Shown here: positions 11,401-25,570 of the stretch, one piece after another
How positions within the stretch are numbered: position 1 is the first letter of the stretch
How the letters are laid out: every line of letters starts with the position of its first letter
From: Macrostomum lignano
Lineage: Eukaryota
Direction of reading: 5' to 3'
Assembly: GCA_002269645.1 (NCBI GenBank)
Contig: NIVC01000416.1
Location: 62,001-126,000 of the forward strand
Length of the DNA stretch: 64,000 nucleotides
The notes under the pieces: model-generated
What the model saw: the letters and a program-made list of their open reading frames with translations, nothing else
Database searches by the model: none
Told to the model about the DNA's origin: nothing
Translations under genes and position numbers: made by a program

Positions 11401-14370
11401 TGTGGTTATTGTCACTATTTAGGATGATTGTAAACCAAAGGAGTAGGCCTAGCATGATTTTTGTACAAAAAAATAAAAAAACAATTTAAGAGTCTATAAC
11501 TTTTTTGTTTATTTTATTCTAGTTTTAATGAATTAAAATTTGTTTGTTTGCTTGCTTATCATAGTTTTAAAAAAAAAACAGAATTGAGTAAGAGGATTTT
11601 GCTTAACTTTTGAATGGAAACAATGTATGTTTTTTACTTTTTTGAGAATAGCTAAAAAAATATATAGTGTAATATATTAAACTTGGCTTTTTCTTTTATA
11701 AAACATATAACTTTTTAATAAAAAAAGATTTTTTGTATTAAAACAATTTCTTCTACAGTTACACTTCTTTTTTTAACTTTTAATTTAATGCAAAATACAA
11801 AAAGTCCAATAATAAAAAAGGCAAATATGGTAGTTCTATATTGCTCAAAAAGTTTTAGTCTTTTTTGTTTATAAATATATTACTAAATATTCAATAAAAA
11901 CATAGTAGTCATTATATTTATATTATTTAGATATAATAGTTTACTACATATGGTTTTGTATATTATTAATAAAATTTTAGTAAAAATTATTTTTTACTTG
12001 AATTTTCAATTTGTCAATTTCATATTTCATGTTTATAATATTAGCTAATATCATTTTTTGGAATTCTTGAACTTTAGGTACATAAAATACTTCCAAGTTT
12101 CCAATTTTTCTGAAACTTTTACTAGAGTCTTAGAGGCTGTCCAAAATGAAATAAGGAAAAAATGGCAAAAAATAACTATTCGATTTGTTGATCTTCTACA
12201 TAACTAGTGATAATTTGATATAAGCAGTTTCAGAGAATTGTATGTTTGAAAATTAAACCTCTTTGGAATCATGATTTTCAAACGTAAATATCTTCCACAG
12301 TTTAACAAATTCATTTTAAAAGAACATTTAGAGGGTTAGAATTTTAACTCTGATAAAGAGTGTCTATTCTAGTTTTCCTTCACTCTGTTATAGTGTAGCA
12401 AGAGTGCCACATCAAATTAGTATTTTAAAAATGCTGTTACAGTTCACTACCACCTTCACCTCCTTCCACCTTCTTCCACCACCTTCACCCTCACCTTTAA
12501 TGTTTAATTTGTACCATCTTATTTATTATCTGGAAAGCAATAATTTTGTTTCAAAGTGCTAAAATATAGCTTTGTGGCACTAAAATAAGTGCATGCATCA
12601 CAAAAATTAGTGCATATAGCACTAAAATGAGTGCCTGCCAGGCCAAAATTAGCATTGACAATACTGTTTCTTAGAATAATATGCATGTAGACATTTAGAC
12701 ATTACACAATATCAATCAAAGTAATTAAACTTGTGCTCTAACTATGCCACCAAAATTGTTGTAGGTGTGCTTGTTCTCACCCTGTAACTATCCCATTGCT
12801 GCAACCAAGTTGTTGCAGGGCTATTTCTTCTTACTCTAAATATTTTTATTCCACTGTTAAGCCACTAAGTTGTAATAGGTGTTTTAGCTCTTTCTTTATA
12901 AGTTCCCACTGATGTTATCCAAATTGTCCTAAAGCTTTCCTTATTTAGTTAATTATATCCCTTTTCTCTAATATTATAACTGTGTCATATATTTCTGGGT
13001 AGCTCGTTCTTAGTAGTGTTCTGGTAGCGTTCTTAGTATATGGCCTAAGCAGTCTTATTGGTATATGTATTTCCTCTCCAGTCTGGGCGTTACCAAGATA
13101 AGAGGGTCACAGCAATTACTCTTGGTACTTTCTTTGCATGAATCCCTGATTCCCAACTCTCAACCTTCTTTTAGAAAATAAGCAATGATCTAAGAATAAG
13201 TATTGAACAAGCTGTAAACAATTAGATTGCATGAGCAAGTTGAGTCTCTCTTCCTAAACTTAGCTCCTATTTATACTAATTGAAACAAGTGTATTTTAAC
13301 AAAAGACTATTATTTGAGAATATTTCAAAAAGTAAAACAACAAATATTTTTCGTGCTCAAGGTTGACTTTAAGCTTTCTAAGAAACCCTATTACAATAGT
13401 TTGTGCAAATAAATATATGTAGCCTCAAAAGAGACCAGTTGAGGCTCCTTGACAACTTTTTCCTTAATGCTAAAGGGATTTAATATAAAAAACATGCTTT
13501 TTGCAAAGGTCAAGTAGACTTTTTATTGTGAATGCATTGTAGGAATGGTCGAGCATTCCTAACATTAACTAATATTAGTTATTAACTAAACTATTTAGAC
13601 AATTCTGATTTTGATAAAGTTTACATCACAATAAGCTTTTTATTTAATGTCAGTTTTACTGCTAATTTGGGACTCCAACTTGAATTGAAATTCTTTTTAA
13701 ATTTAACACTGACTAGATAATCAGTTATATTATACTTGCTTTCTATGCATTTACTCTAATGAACTTAATGTGAATATTGAATTATAAGAGCTATAGTAGG
13801 TCTATAGTATAGTTCATGTCATCAGATGAATTAGAGCTAGTCAAGATATAAATAGACTAGATAGAATGCAATGGTTCAAATTTTGAAAGTATTTTTAAGT
13901 TTATTTAGTAATAGAAGAAACGATTTTATCTAAGATATAATCTTGTCTTGTTTACTAAACTAATAAATCCTAAATTAAAATTTCATATTAATTTGAAGTC
14001 AAAGAAATTAACATGTTGTTAGCTCACATACACGATTGATAAAAATGGACTTGCCTTCTGAAGAACCATAAGAAATATGATAATTTATTTTAAAACACTT
14101 TCATCCCTGAAACCACAATAAATTTTGATGCTATGCATCAAATTATTTTGTAAAAAAAAACTTGTTGAAAAAGTACCAAAGTTATTTGACCTAGAAAAGT
14201 TTTGTCTTAACAAAATACAAAAATAGTAACCATTTTTGTTAAATGTTTTATCTCTATTGTTGCTAATTTCTCATGCAGTGTTTTTAATATATCAGGTTAA
14301 TTAAAAAACTAAAGCCAACTTACCTGTCTTGCCACAGTAGATCCCTTAACTAATAAATTTGTGCAAGCAA

Positions 14371-17300
14371 ATGGCCGAGCGAATGAGCAAACTTTGGCGC
14401 ACTCTTAGCTTTCGTAAGAAGCGCTCCTCGTCGAGGCGCCACGAAGGCGGCGGCGGCGGTGGCAGCGGCGGCAGCAGAGCTGGGGCCAGCTCTTCGTCTG
14501 GAGGCAAGCCCCAGCATTGGCAGGACGATGAGCGGAAAGTGCGCGAAGGTTCCTGCAGTTTTCAAGTGAAGGTCAGTTGGGCTTAGAATGTTGGAATAGG
14601 GACTGATTGGTCTTTCAGTAGAATTTTTCTAAGTCTGTTGACAAGAAAAAAACCTCCATATTAAAAAAGTCCCTATCTTATTTTATTCCCGAATCACCTT
14701 ACCAACAATCCCAATCATAAAACACTAATGAATCCCAATCATAAAACTCTAATGAATCCCAATCCTAAAACTCTAATGAATCCCAATCCTAAAACTAATG
14801 AATCCCAATCCTAGAACTCTAATGAATCCCAATCCTAGAACTGTAATGGATCCCAATCCTAAAACTAATGAATCCCAATCCTAGAACTCTAATGAATCCC
14901 AATCCTAGAACTGTAATGGATCCCAATCCTAAAACTAATGAATCCCAATCCTAGAACTCTAATGAATCCCCAATCATAAAACTCTAATGAATCCCCAATC
15001 CTAGAACTCTAATGAATCCCCAATCCTAAAACTCTAATGAATCCCCAATCCTAAAACTCTAATGAGTCCCCAATCATAAAACTCTAATGAATCCCCAATC
15101 CTAGAACTCTAATGAATCCCCAATCATAAAACTCTAATGTATTCCAATTCCAAACTGCCCAGAATCCTAATTGCAATCCAACAACTCGCATTGCAGTACC
15201 TCGGCTGCATGGAAGTGTACGAATCACGCGGCATGCAGGTCTGCGAAGAGGCTATAAAAAATCTAATGAAGGTAAAGTTTTAGTAAAATGCAATGTATAG
15301 ATTTACTACTTTCAAGCGTTTTAAATAATAATTTCTCAATCATTAATTTAGGCCAAGTCAAAGCACCACAAGAGGGCTGTTCTCTATGTGAACGGCGAAG
15401 CACTTCGAGTTGTTGATGAAATCACCAAGGTGAGAGAAATAGTTCTAATAAAATTTTTTTTAATTCATATTTTACTATAAAATCATCGATATGGTGTACT
15501 GATAGTAGGCCAAAATGCACGTATTTAAGACTATTATAATCATACAATCCTATGACGGTTAGAACTAAAAGTCTAGGGGTGTTTCAAGATATAAAACACA
15601 CCGTCTTTTTTCCTTAGGAAGAAAGTCACAAAGAGCCTAAAGAAGTGAATGCTATGCGGTCTTTAATTTTATACCCTTTAGACATATCTTATTACACTTT
15701 GTCCTAGCAACTGGCACACGGGTCCCTCTTTGTCAAGCTGCTATTGTGCTGCTTGCATGCATGCGGCATACGATTACTATTGATATATTCTTCTGTGATG
15801 TTCGATGCTTCAATACTGTTTGTCACATAGAAGTTGAGCATTTATAATGATTTAATGCATGCCATTTGATTTTGTCGAAACTTGATCTTCTACACCGTGT
15901 GGCAGTATATTTGCGTTTAGGCTATAATGTGTATCTAAAGAAAAAAAATATACTATTAGTTCACTCTAGACTTCGGTTCTAAACATAATACTTCAGCATA
16001 GTATTGTCATTCATGCAATGATATGGCAAAGGCAGTCAGAATGCAATGTTCTTGTGAACTTTCCGGCTAAATTTGTTTTTTGTTACACGTTAATATGTTG
16101 TTTTCTGCTTTGCTAGGGGCCACTGATTAGTCTGAAATTACTCAAAGCTCATCTCTGATTGGTCAGAAATTAATTGAAAGCTTGTCTCTGATTGGTCAGA
16201 AGTTACTTTCGTCTCTGATTGGTCAGAAATTATTTTAAAGCTTGTCTCTGAGTGGTCAGAAGTTACTTGAAAGCTCGTCTCTGATTGGTCAGAAATTTTA
16301 CTTAAACGATCGTCTTTGATTGGTCAGAAATTTTACTTAAACGATCGTCTCTGATTGGTCAGAAATTGTACTCAAACGATCGTCTCTGATTGGTCAGAAG
16401 TTACTTAAAAGCTCGTCTCTGATTGGTCAGAAGTTACTTGAAAGCTCGTCTCTGATTGGTCAGAAGTTACTTGAAAGCTTGTCTCTGATTGGTCAGAAGT
16501 TACTTGAAAGCTCGTCTCTGATTGGTCAGAAGTTACTTGAAAGCTTGTCTCTGATTGGTCAGAAATTGTACTTAAACGATCGTCTTTGATTGGTCAGAAA
16601 TTATTTAAAAGGTCGTCTCTGATTGGTCGGAAGTTACTTAAAAGCTCGTCTCTGATTGGTCAGAAGTTACTTGAAAGCTCGTCTCTGATTTGTCAGTAAC
16701 TAATTGCCTGTGTAACCTAAATTCTTCTCAGGGCCTAATAGTGGACCAGACCATCGAGAAGGTGTCCTTCTGCGCTCCGGACCGCAATCACGACAAAGGA
16801 TTCGCTTACATCTGTCGAGACGGCACCGCTCGTCGTTGGATGTGCCACGGCTTCCTGGCGGTCAAGGAGTCAGTAAGTGTCGGTATCGAATTCCAAACCT
16901 TATTGTGTTTTTGTAGCCATAGTTCTAATAACAATATTCCCAAGTTGGATCTATCATCTACCAATACCTGATTTTGTCATCTATTGCGAAATTATTTGAT
17001 TGTCACCTCCGTTTTCTGTCGGTGAGTTAATTCAATATTGATTATTGATTTTCAATTATGTTGATTGATTACATAGCAATTTTCCTTAATTTTGATTCGC
17101 TGCAATTTACCATAGCAAACTTATTTATTCATAATTGTTTTCCTATTCTTTATCTATGTTGTCTATCATCCAGTTACATTGTCTACTAGCTCAGCAGTGT
17201 CTGCCACCCATTTCCCACCCTCTAGCCCCATTTCCCATCCTCTATCCCCATTTCCCATCCTCTAGCCCCATTTCCCATCCTCTAGCCCCATTTCCCATCC

Positions 17301-19957
17301 TCTAGCCCCATTTCCCATCGTCTAGACCCTTCTCTCATCCTCTAGCCCCATTTCCCATCCTCTAGCCCCATTTCTCTTCATCTAGCCCCATTTCCCATCC
17401 TCTATAGCCATCTCTAATCTTCTAGCCCCATTTCCCATCCTCTAGCCCCATTTCCCATCCTCTAGCCCCATTTCCCATCCTCTAGCCCCATTTCCCATCC
17501 TCTAGCCCCATTTCCTATCCTCTAGCCCCATTTCCCATCCTCTAGCCCCATTTCCTATCCTCTAGCCCCATTTCCCATCCTCTAGCCCCATTTCCCATCC
17601 TCTAGCCCCATTTCCCATCCTCTAGACCCATCTCTCATCCTCTAGCCCCATTTTCCATTCTCTAGACCCATCTCTCATTCTCTAGCCCCATTTTCCATTC
17701 TCTAGATCCATCTCTCATCCTCTAGCCCCATTTTGCATTCTCTAGATCCATCTCTCATCCTCTAGCCCCATTTTCCATTCTCTAGATCCATATCTCATCC
17801 TCTAGCCCCATTTCCCATTCTCTAGACCCATCCCTCATCCTCTAGCCCGAATTACCACCCTCAAGTATACATTGTAACCTCTTGCCTCACCTCTTCCCTA
17901 ATCCTTCACCCCTGCAGGGCGAGCGCCTCTCACACGCCGTAGGCTGCGCGTTCGCCATCTGCCTGGAGCGCAAGCAGCAGAGCGAACGCGAGAAAGAATC
18001 GGCCGCCCAAGTGCAAGTGTCCTACAATGACAAAGGCACCGTGTTTGAACGCACTGGCTCGTTTCGGCAAGCCACCCTAACGGAGCGCAAGCTGGACCCT
18101 CAGAGTGCTATTCTGCCCGAGCCTGTGCCTGTCACTCAGCGACCCGAAGCTCGAATAGATTCTCGCGTATCCGTGCCCAGGCCGCAGGCTAATCCAGATC
18201 TGATGTATCAGCGACAGTCTTCTTTGAGGCTGTTTCCTAAGCTGGAATCGTCCGGGGTTGCCGCGTTCAAGGATCGGGCCTATTCGTCTATGCGAATGAC
18301 CTCGGCCGAGGCGCAGCAGGCTAGGGCTGGACTGGCTGCTAGGGGCGGCGCTGGGGCCAGTGAGTATAGCTGGGATTTATCTCGTTACCTATACCTCCCC
18401 ATCAATAATCTCCCTAACCTACCTTCCCACCAAGAATCTCCCTAAACTCCCTCCCCATCAAGAATCTCCCTAAACTCCCTCCCCATCAAGAATCTCCCTA
18501 AACTCCCTCCCAATCATCAAGAATATTCCTAAACTGCCTCCCAATCATCAAGAATCTCCCTAAACTCCCTCCCCATCAATAATTTTTCTGAATTGCCTCC
18601 CCATAAAAAATCTCCCTAAACTGTCTTCCTATCAAGAATCTCCCTAAACTGCCTTCCTATCAAGAATCTCCCTAAACTGCCTTCCTATCAAGAATCTCCC
18701 TAAACTGCCTCCCTATCAAGAATCTCCCTAAACTACTGCCCCATCAGGAAATCACCCTGGTCATTCACAACCAATATCCACTTCAGCATCCCCTTTAAAT
18801 CCCATAATTTTGCAGGCTCTGCTATACCAGAAGCCTCGGCCTCAACCGAGCGGCTGCACGACTCCGGACCGCCTCTGCCTCCGCCGCCGGTGCACCTGAC
18901 GCCGAATTCAAACACAACTGCAACGACACCGACTAATCGATATTTGAGTACTCTGTCAGAATCCGAGGAGACCAATCAGCAGCCGACTGTTGCGGCCTCT
19001 TCTGTTGCTACTGCTGCTTGGCCTCCTTCTAATGGCAGTGCAACTGCTTCTGCCGGATCTTACAATCGTGAGTTCATCAATACTGTGCAAGATTAAGGAT
19101 CTACGGACATGCGTTATGGGTCAAATAAGGGGTCAGATAAGGACAGCATTTAGGGGTGTTGGGGTCAGATATGGACAGTATATTTGGGGGTCAGATAAGG
19201 ACAGTTTATTTAGGGGTCAGATAAGGACAGAATTTAGGGGTCAGATAAGGACAGAATTTAGAGGTCAGATAAGGACAGAATTTAGGGGTCAAATAAGGGC
19301 AGTATATTTAGGAGTCAGATAAGAACAGTATATTTAGGGGTCAGATAAGGACAGTATATTTAGGGGTCAGATAAGGACAGTATATTTAGGGGTCAGATAA
19401 AGACAGTATATTTATGGGTCAGATAAGGACAGTATATTTATGGGTCAGATAAGGGCAGTATATTTAGGGGTCAGATAAGGGCAGTATATTTAGGGGTCAG
19501 ATAACTCGTGTCTTATTAATGTGTCTAATTCATGTTTAATTATGTCTCATTCATGTCTTTTTCATGTCTCATTCATGTCTTTTTCATGTCTCAATCATGT
19601 CTTTTTCATGTCTTATAATCTGTCTAATTCATGTCTTATTCATGTCTCATTTATGTCTTATTCATGTGTCTAATTTATCTTTCAGCATTTCTGCCTATAC
19701 AGCAGCCTCAACCAACATCCGTAAACTGGTCCAGCTCAACAGCTCAGCAGCAGCAGCAGCAGCAGCAGCAGTGGAACAATTTTAATAATCAACAGCAGAC
19801 TGCAGCCGTTGATCCCTTCGACGTAGCCTGGGCGGACCGGGCGGCCAGCGCCAACCAGCCAAGCAGGACCAACCCGTTCCTGCAGCAGCAGGTGCCGCCG
19901 CCTCCGCTGCCTCAGCGGCTGGCAGCCGGTAGCAAAGCGTTCGAAGTCCAAATGTGA
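14371..19957 (+). CDS. numb: Numb (PTB-domain endocytic adaptor). Exons 14371-14571, 15197-15271, 15352-15429, 16732-16872, 17918-18359, 18816-19067, 19686-19957
   Basis: PTB motifs [22 protein letters not shown]|[19 protein letters not shown]...|[41 protein letters not shown]|[20 protein letters not shown], a NumbF-like FERTGSFRQ, and C-terminal DPF and NPF motifs ending AFEVQM*. All junctions are GT-AG with matching phases (0,0,0,0,1,1). Confidence 0.95.
14703..15140. repeat. 22-25-bp minisatellite (atcccaatcctagaactctaatga), numb intron 1
   Basis: Direct inspection. Confidence 0.95.
16128..16696. repeat. ~33-bp minisatellite (tctctgattggtcagaagttacttgaaagctcg), numb intron 3
   Basis: Direct inspection; each unit contains a CCAAT box (ATTGG). 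Confidence 0.95.
17205..17850. repeat. 20-bp minisatellite (ctctagccccatttcccatc), numb intron 4
   Basis: Direct inspection. Confidence 0.95.
18395..18733. repeat. ~29-bp minisatellite (atcaagaatctccctaaactccctcccc), numb intron 5
   Basis: Direct inspection. Confidence 0.9.
19108..19503. repeat. 24-26-bp minisatellite (ggggtcagataaggacagtatattta), numb intron 6, followed by a short tcatgtc-type repeat to ~19675
   Basis: Direct inspection. Confidence 0.9.
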
Positions 19958-20139
19958 ATTCTGGCATGATTTTTTTTCTTATTTATAATTTAAATATGGC
20001 TAATGCCTGACTGGTTGCTAATTAACTCTACTGCTGTTGTTTAATCCTCTGTGCCATGCTTGTTGATTTTCGTTAGGTGCTTCTATAAATAGATATTTGC
20101 TTAAGATAATTAGATAGACATTCGACAAGGTTGACTGAT

Positions 20140-20866
<727 letters not shown>

Positions 20867-21770
20867 AAACACTCGTAGATGGATAGCGCACAGCAGCCCA
20901 GACTGACAGACTCAGTGACTGGTGAGCACCATCTGAACCGCAAACACAAGCTCATAAAACACAACCAAGCACTAATAGAAACAGATCAGGTGCTGACTTT
21001 GCTCATTGAGATTTTGCTAATTAAATCCTGTGCAACGCGCACTCTTTCGTACTTTTTGAAGCCCTGCTTTCGTGAATTGTTGTGCATTCCTGTTGTCTCT
21101 TTTTTTTAACAAAAAATTGACCAACCGGAGAATCGCCAAGTGCGGTTCTCCTGTCATTCGCATGTCGTCTTTTTAACTAAGGATGAAATAATATAGATGT
21201 ATTATTTATGTACTGGAGAGCTGGCGTATCCATCGACATTAAAACGGATCGAACTGATCGGCTCAAATTCTTACTTAGCTGTGATGGTTGATTATATTAT
21301 ATAACTATACTTCATCCCCAGCATCTTTTCCTACCTCATCTAAATCAATTAGACTATTTATTTATCGTCCAGATAATTAATCTAACATCGTCTCCGTTGT
21401 AATAATAACCATTTTGCCTATGCCACCTTAGGACCAATTAAGGCAAGCATTCAAAGTTCCTGTTGTTCTTAAATCTGTACTGTTTTTTTCTTACTTGCGT
21501 GCAGTAAATTATTGGCAATAAAATCTATAAAATTCGTATTGTAACCCTTGTGGTTAATTTTTAGCTTTGTTGTTTTAACTGCATGTCTAATATCCTGGCC
21601 AAAACAAATTTGCGAAATCAACATTGATTTGTTACTTTTTTACCATTGTTAATCAGTTTTTCTACCTTTTTGGATGCTTGGAAAACTTTTTTAACTAATT
21701 GCTCATCTTTTAAACTTTGCAGCCACAATTTCTTGGCCTGTTTGTACTTTTAACTGAACTTTTTACGTCT

Positions 21771-22575
21771 TGAAGCTTCAGTGAGTGCGACAACCCCACT
21801 CTGCCCTGAAGCTTCAGTGAGTGCCCAACCCCACTCTGCCCTGAAGCTTCAGTGAGTGCCCAACCCCACTCTGCCCTGAAGCTTCAGTGAGTGCCCAACC
21901 CCACTCTGCCCTGAAGCTTCAGTGAGTGCCCAACCCCACTCTGCCCTGAAGCTTCAGTGAGTGCGACAACCCCACTCTGCCCTGAAGCTTCAGTGAGTGC
22001 CCAACCCCACTCTGCCCTGAAGCTTCAGTGAGTGCCCAACCCCACTCTGCCCTGAAGCTTCAGTGAGTGCCCAACCCCACTCTGCCCTGAAGCTTCAGTG
22101 AGTGCCCAACCCCACTCTGCCCTGAAGCTTCAGTGAGTGCCCAACCCCACTCTGCCCTGAAGCTTCAGTGAGTGCGACAACCCCACTCTGCCCTGAAGCT
22201 TCAGTGAGTGCCCAACCCCACTCTGCCCTGAAGCTTCAGTGAGTGCCCAACCCCACTCTGCCCTGAAGCTTCAGTGAGTGCCCAACCCCACTCTGCCCTG
22301 AAGCTTCAGTGAGTGCGACAACCCCACTCTGCCCTGAAGCTTCAGTGAGTGCGACAACCCCACTCTGCCCTGAAGCTTCAGTGAGTGCGACAACCCCACT
22401 CTGCCCTGAAGCTTCAGTGAGTGCTCAACCCCACTCTGCCCTGAAGCTTCAGTGAGTGCGACAACCCCACTCTGCCCTGAAGCTTCAGTGAGTGCGACAA
22501 CCCCACTCTGCCCTGAAGCTTCAGTGAGTGCGACAACCCCACTCTGCCCTGAAGCTTCAGTGAGTGCGACAACCC
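21771..22575. repeat. 35/36-bp minisatellite with a CTGAAGCTTCAG palindrome
   Basis: Direct inspection; mixed 35- and 36-bp units. Confidence 0.95.
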
Positions 22576-23104
22576 TAACTACTGGTAGTATAGTACGTGT
22601 TGGTTGTATCATATGTTTCTATTTTTATTTGTTTTTAGCGTCCAAGTTTAACAGCCATTGGCTGCAATACAGATTACAGCGATGCTAATGCTGGTAACCG
22701 TATGACCATAAGAATTAAGGTGAATATTATTAATTAACCAGCCACCCTCTTGTTGAATGTTATTTCATTAGAGCTTCCAAATTGCTACATATTTTTAATT
22801 GCTAAGTTTATTATGGACTGATTATTGAATAGTTTACAAATGGTCGGCTTAGTATAGCTGCGCTTGTGTCATCATGTGGCTAATACGATATTTATTTGTA
22901 TTGTGAATTTTGCTGTGTGTTTTAGCATAAATATATATAACAATTTTATTTTCTTTGTCGATTTATTTGAATTTTGAATAACTGCTTATCTGTCTGCGTG
23001 ATGACACATTTATTGTTGAATATCAGCTTTTTATACTTCTTGTTCCTTCACTGGCAATATTTTCTATGAACTTAACTTTCAGGGGATTAAGGGTTTCGAT
23101 TTAG

Positions 23105-24022
23105 CAGTTAGTGACCCTCACTAGCAGTTGGTGATGACGCTCTAGCAGTTGGTGATGACGCTGTCTATCAGTTGGTGATGACCCTGTCTAGCAGTTGGTG
23201 ATGACCCTCTAGCAGTTGGTGATGACTCTAACTAGCAGTTGGTGATGACCCTTTCTAGCAGTTGGTGATGACTCTAGTTAGCAGTTGGTGATGACCCTGT
23301 CTAGCAGTTGGTGATGACTCTAACTAGCAGATGGTGATGACTCTAACTAGCAGTTGGTGATGACTCTAACTAGCAGTTGATGATGACTCTAACTAGCAGT
23401 TGGTGATGACTCTAACTAGCAGTTGGTGATGACCCTGTCTAGCAGTTGGTGATGACTCTAACTAGCAGTTGGTGATGACTCTAACTAGCAGTTGGTGATG
23501 ACTCTAACTAGCAGTTAGTGATGACCCTGTCTAGCAGTTGGTGATGACTCTAACTATCAGTTGGTGATGACTCTAACTAGCAGTTGGTGATGACTCTAAC
23601 TAGCAGTTGGTGATGACCCTGTCTAGCAGTTGGTGATGACTCTAACTAGCAGTTGGTGATGACTCTAACTAGCAGTTGGTGATGACTCTAACTAGCAGTT
23701 GGTGATGACCCTGTCTAGCAGTTGGTGATGACTCTAACTAGCAGTTGGTGATGACTCTAACTAGCAGTTGGTGATGACTCTAACTAGCAGTTGGTGATGA
23801 CCCTGTCTAGCAGTTGGTGATGACTCTAACTAGCAGTTGGTGATGACTCTAACTAGCAGTTGGTGATGACTCTAACTAGCAGTTGGTGATGACTCTAACT
23901 AGCAGTTGGTGATGACCCTGTCTAGCAGATGGTGATGACCCTGTCTAGCAGTTGGTGATGACTCTAACTAGCAGATGGTGATGACCCCAACTAGCAGTTG
24001 ATGATGACCCTGTTTAGCAGTT
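23105..24022. repeat. ~24-bp minisatellite (ctagcagttggtgatgactctaa)
   Basis: Direct inspection. Confidence 0.95.
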
Positions 24023-24122
24023 GATAATTTGACTCGCTAGAAACCGAGGGGCCACTCACGATTGCGTTGGATTTATTTTATTTCAACTCGTTTTTGCATC
24101 TCAGGCCAGTGGAATTTACGAA

Positions 24123-24760
24123 GGGGGATCACTAACCCGAAAAATCACAAATTCGAAAACCAAAATACCGTTGTGCGTTGCTACAACTTTCGGAATTATG
24201 ATCTTTCGAGTTTGTGTGATATTTCGGGTCTGTGATTTTTCGGGTCTGTGATTTTTCGGGTTTGTGATATTTCGGTTTGTGATATTTCGGGTTGGGATAT
24301 TTCGGGTCTGTGATTTTTCGGGTCTGTGATTTTTCGGGTTTGTGATATTTCGGTTTGTGATATTTCGGTTTGTGATATTTCGGGTTGGGATATTTCGGGT
24401 CTGTGATTTTTCGGGTCTGTGATTTTTCGGGTTTGTGATATTTCGGTTTGTGATATTTCGGTTTGTGATATTTCGGTTTGTGATATTTCGGGTTGGGATA
24501 TTTCGGGTCTGTGATTTTTCGGGTCTGTGATTTTTCGGGTTTGTGATATTTCGGTTTGTGATATTTCGGTTTGTGATATTTCGGGTTGGGATATTTCGGG
24601 TCTGTGATTTTTCGGGTTTAGGATATTTCGAGTTTGTGATATTTCGAGTCTGTGATATTTCGAGTCTGTGATTCTTCGGGTTTGTGATATTTCGGGTTTG
24701 TGATTTTTCGGGTTTGTGATATTTCGGGTTTAGCATATTTCGGGTTTGTGATGGCGACCC
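24123..24760. mobile_element. Foldback/MITE-like element with an expanded ~16-bp subterminal repeat (gtgatatttcgggttt)
   Basis: The left end gggggatcactaacccgaaaaatcacaaa is the reverse complement of the array unit. The right end is tttcgggtttgtgatggcgaccc. No TSD found. Confidence 0.45.
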
Positions 24761-25309
24761 GAATTCGCCATCAGAGTCAGAAAATTCTCACTGAAATTGC
24801 ACGGATATAATCGTTCACGCCTTCGAACAGCGGGCCTCCCTAATCTGATTGTAATTTGAGAGCCGGCCAGGAGATTTCCTAGCGATTGGAAAGCATGAAA
24901 AATGCGTTGCCGCCTCTTCTTCATCCGCCTCGGCCTCCCCCGTTGATTGCTTCTAGAAGATAAATTCAGATTGGCTTTGCTGAGTCCGTCGCTTACTGAG
25001 TCACATGGTGGCCACGGCTGCGAGGGCCCCTACCGGCGCCCCTATCCAGTCCACCTGGAGGCGTTTATCCCCTAATTAGGCGAACATCTCTATCAGCTTC
25101 CGCTCTTTTCCAGTCAGCTTGCTGGTCGAAACAAAATTGACGACAATTTCTTTCCTCTAGATTATTTCTTTGCTTCAGATCGGAGCTGCACAAGCTGCTA
25201 AGGATAAAAGTCGTGGCAACAAATCCTATTGAAACTCTTGTGTTTTGCCGGGCAATTTTTACACACACGTTCAGCATTTCTCCACACCTAAGGATTAGGG
25301 AGTGTACAA

Positions 25310-25570
25310 CTGCATCTGGTCCACACAGTTGTGAGGTCCACAACTGAGGTCCATCAGTGGGTGCACATGCACTAATGAGGCCCACACTGAAGGATCAGTG
25401 GGTGTACATCTAAAGCTGAGATCCACACTGAAATATCAGTGGGTGTACATCTAAAGCTGAGATCCACACCGAAGGATCAGTGGGTGTACATCTACAGCTG
25501 AGGTCCACACTGAAGGATCAGTGGGTGTACATGCACTAATGAGGTCCACATTGAAGGATCAGTGAGTCTA
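25310..25570. repeat. ~41-bp repeat with a CACTGA-AGGA-TCAGTG hairpin
   Basis: About six diverging copies. Confidence 0.85.

Noticed and set aside
21771-22575. CRISPR-like appearance (35/36-bp palindromic repeats)
   Set aside because: Units are directly adjacent with no unique spacers, no cas genes are present, and the context is eukaryotic.
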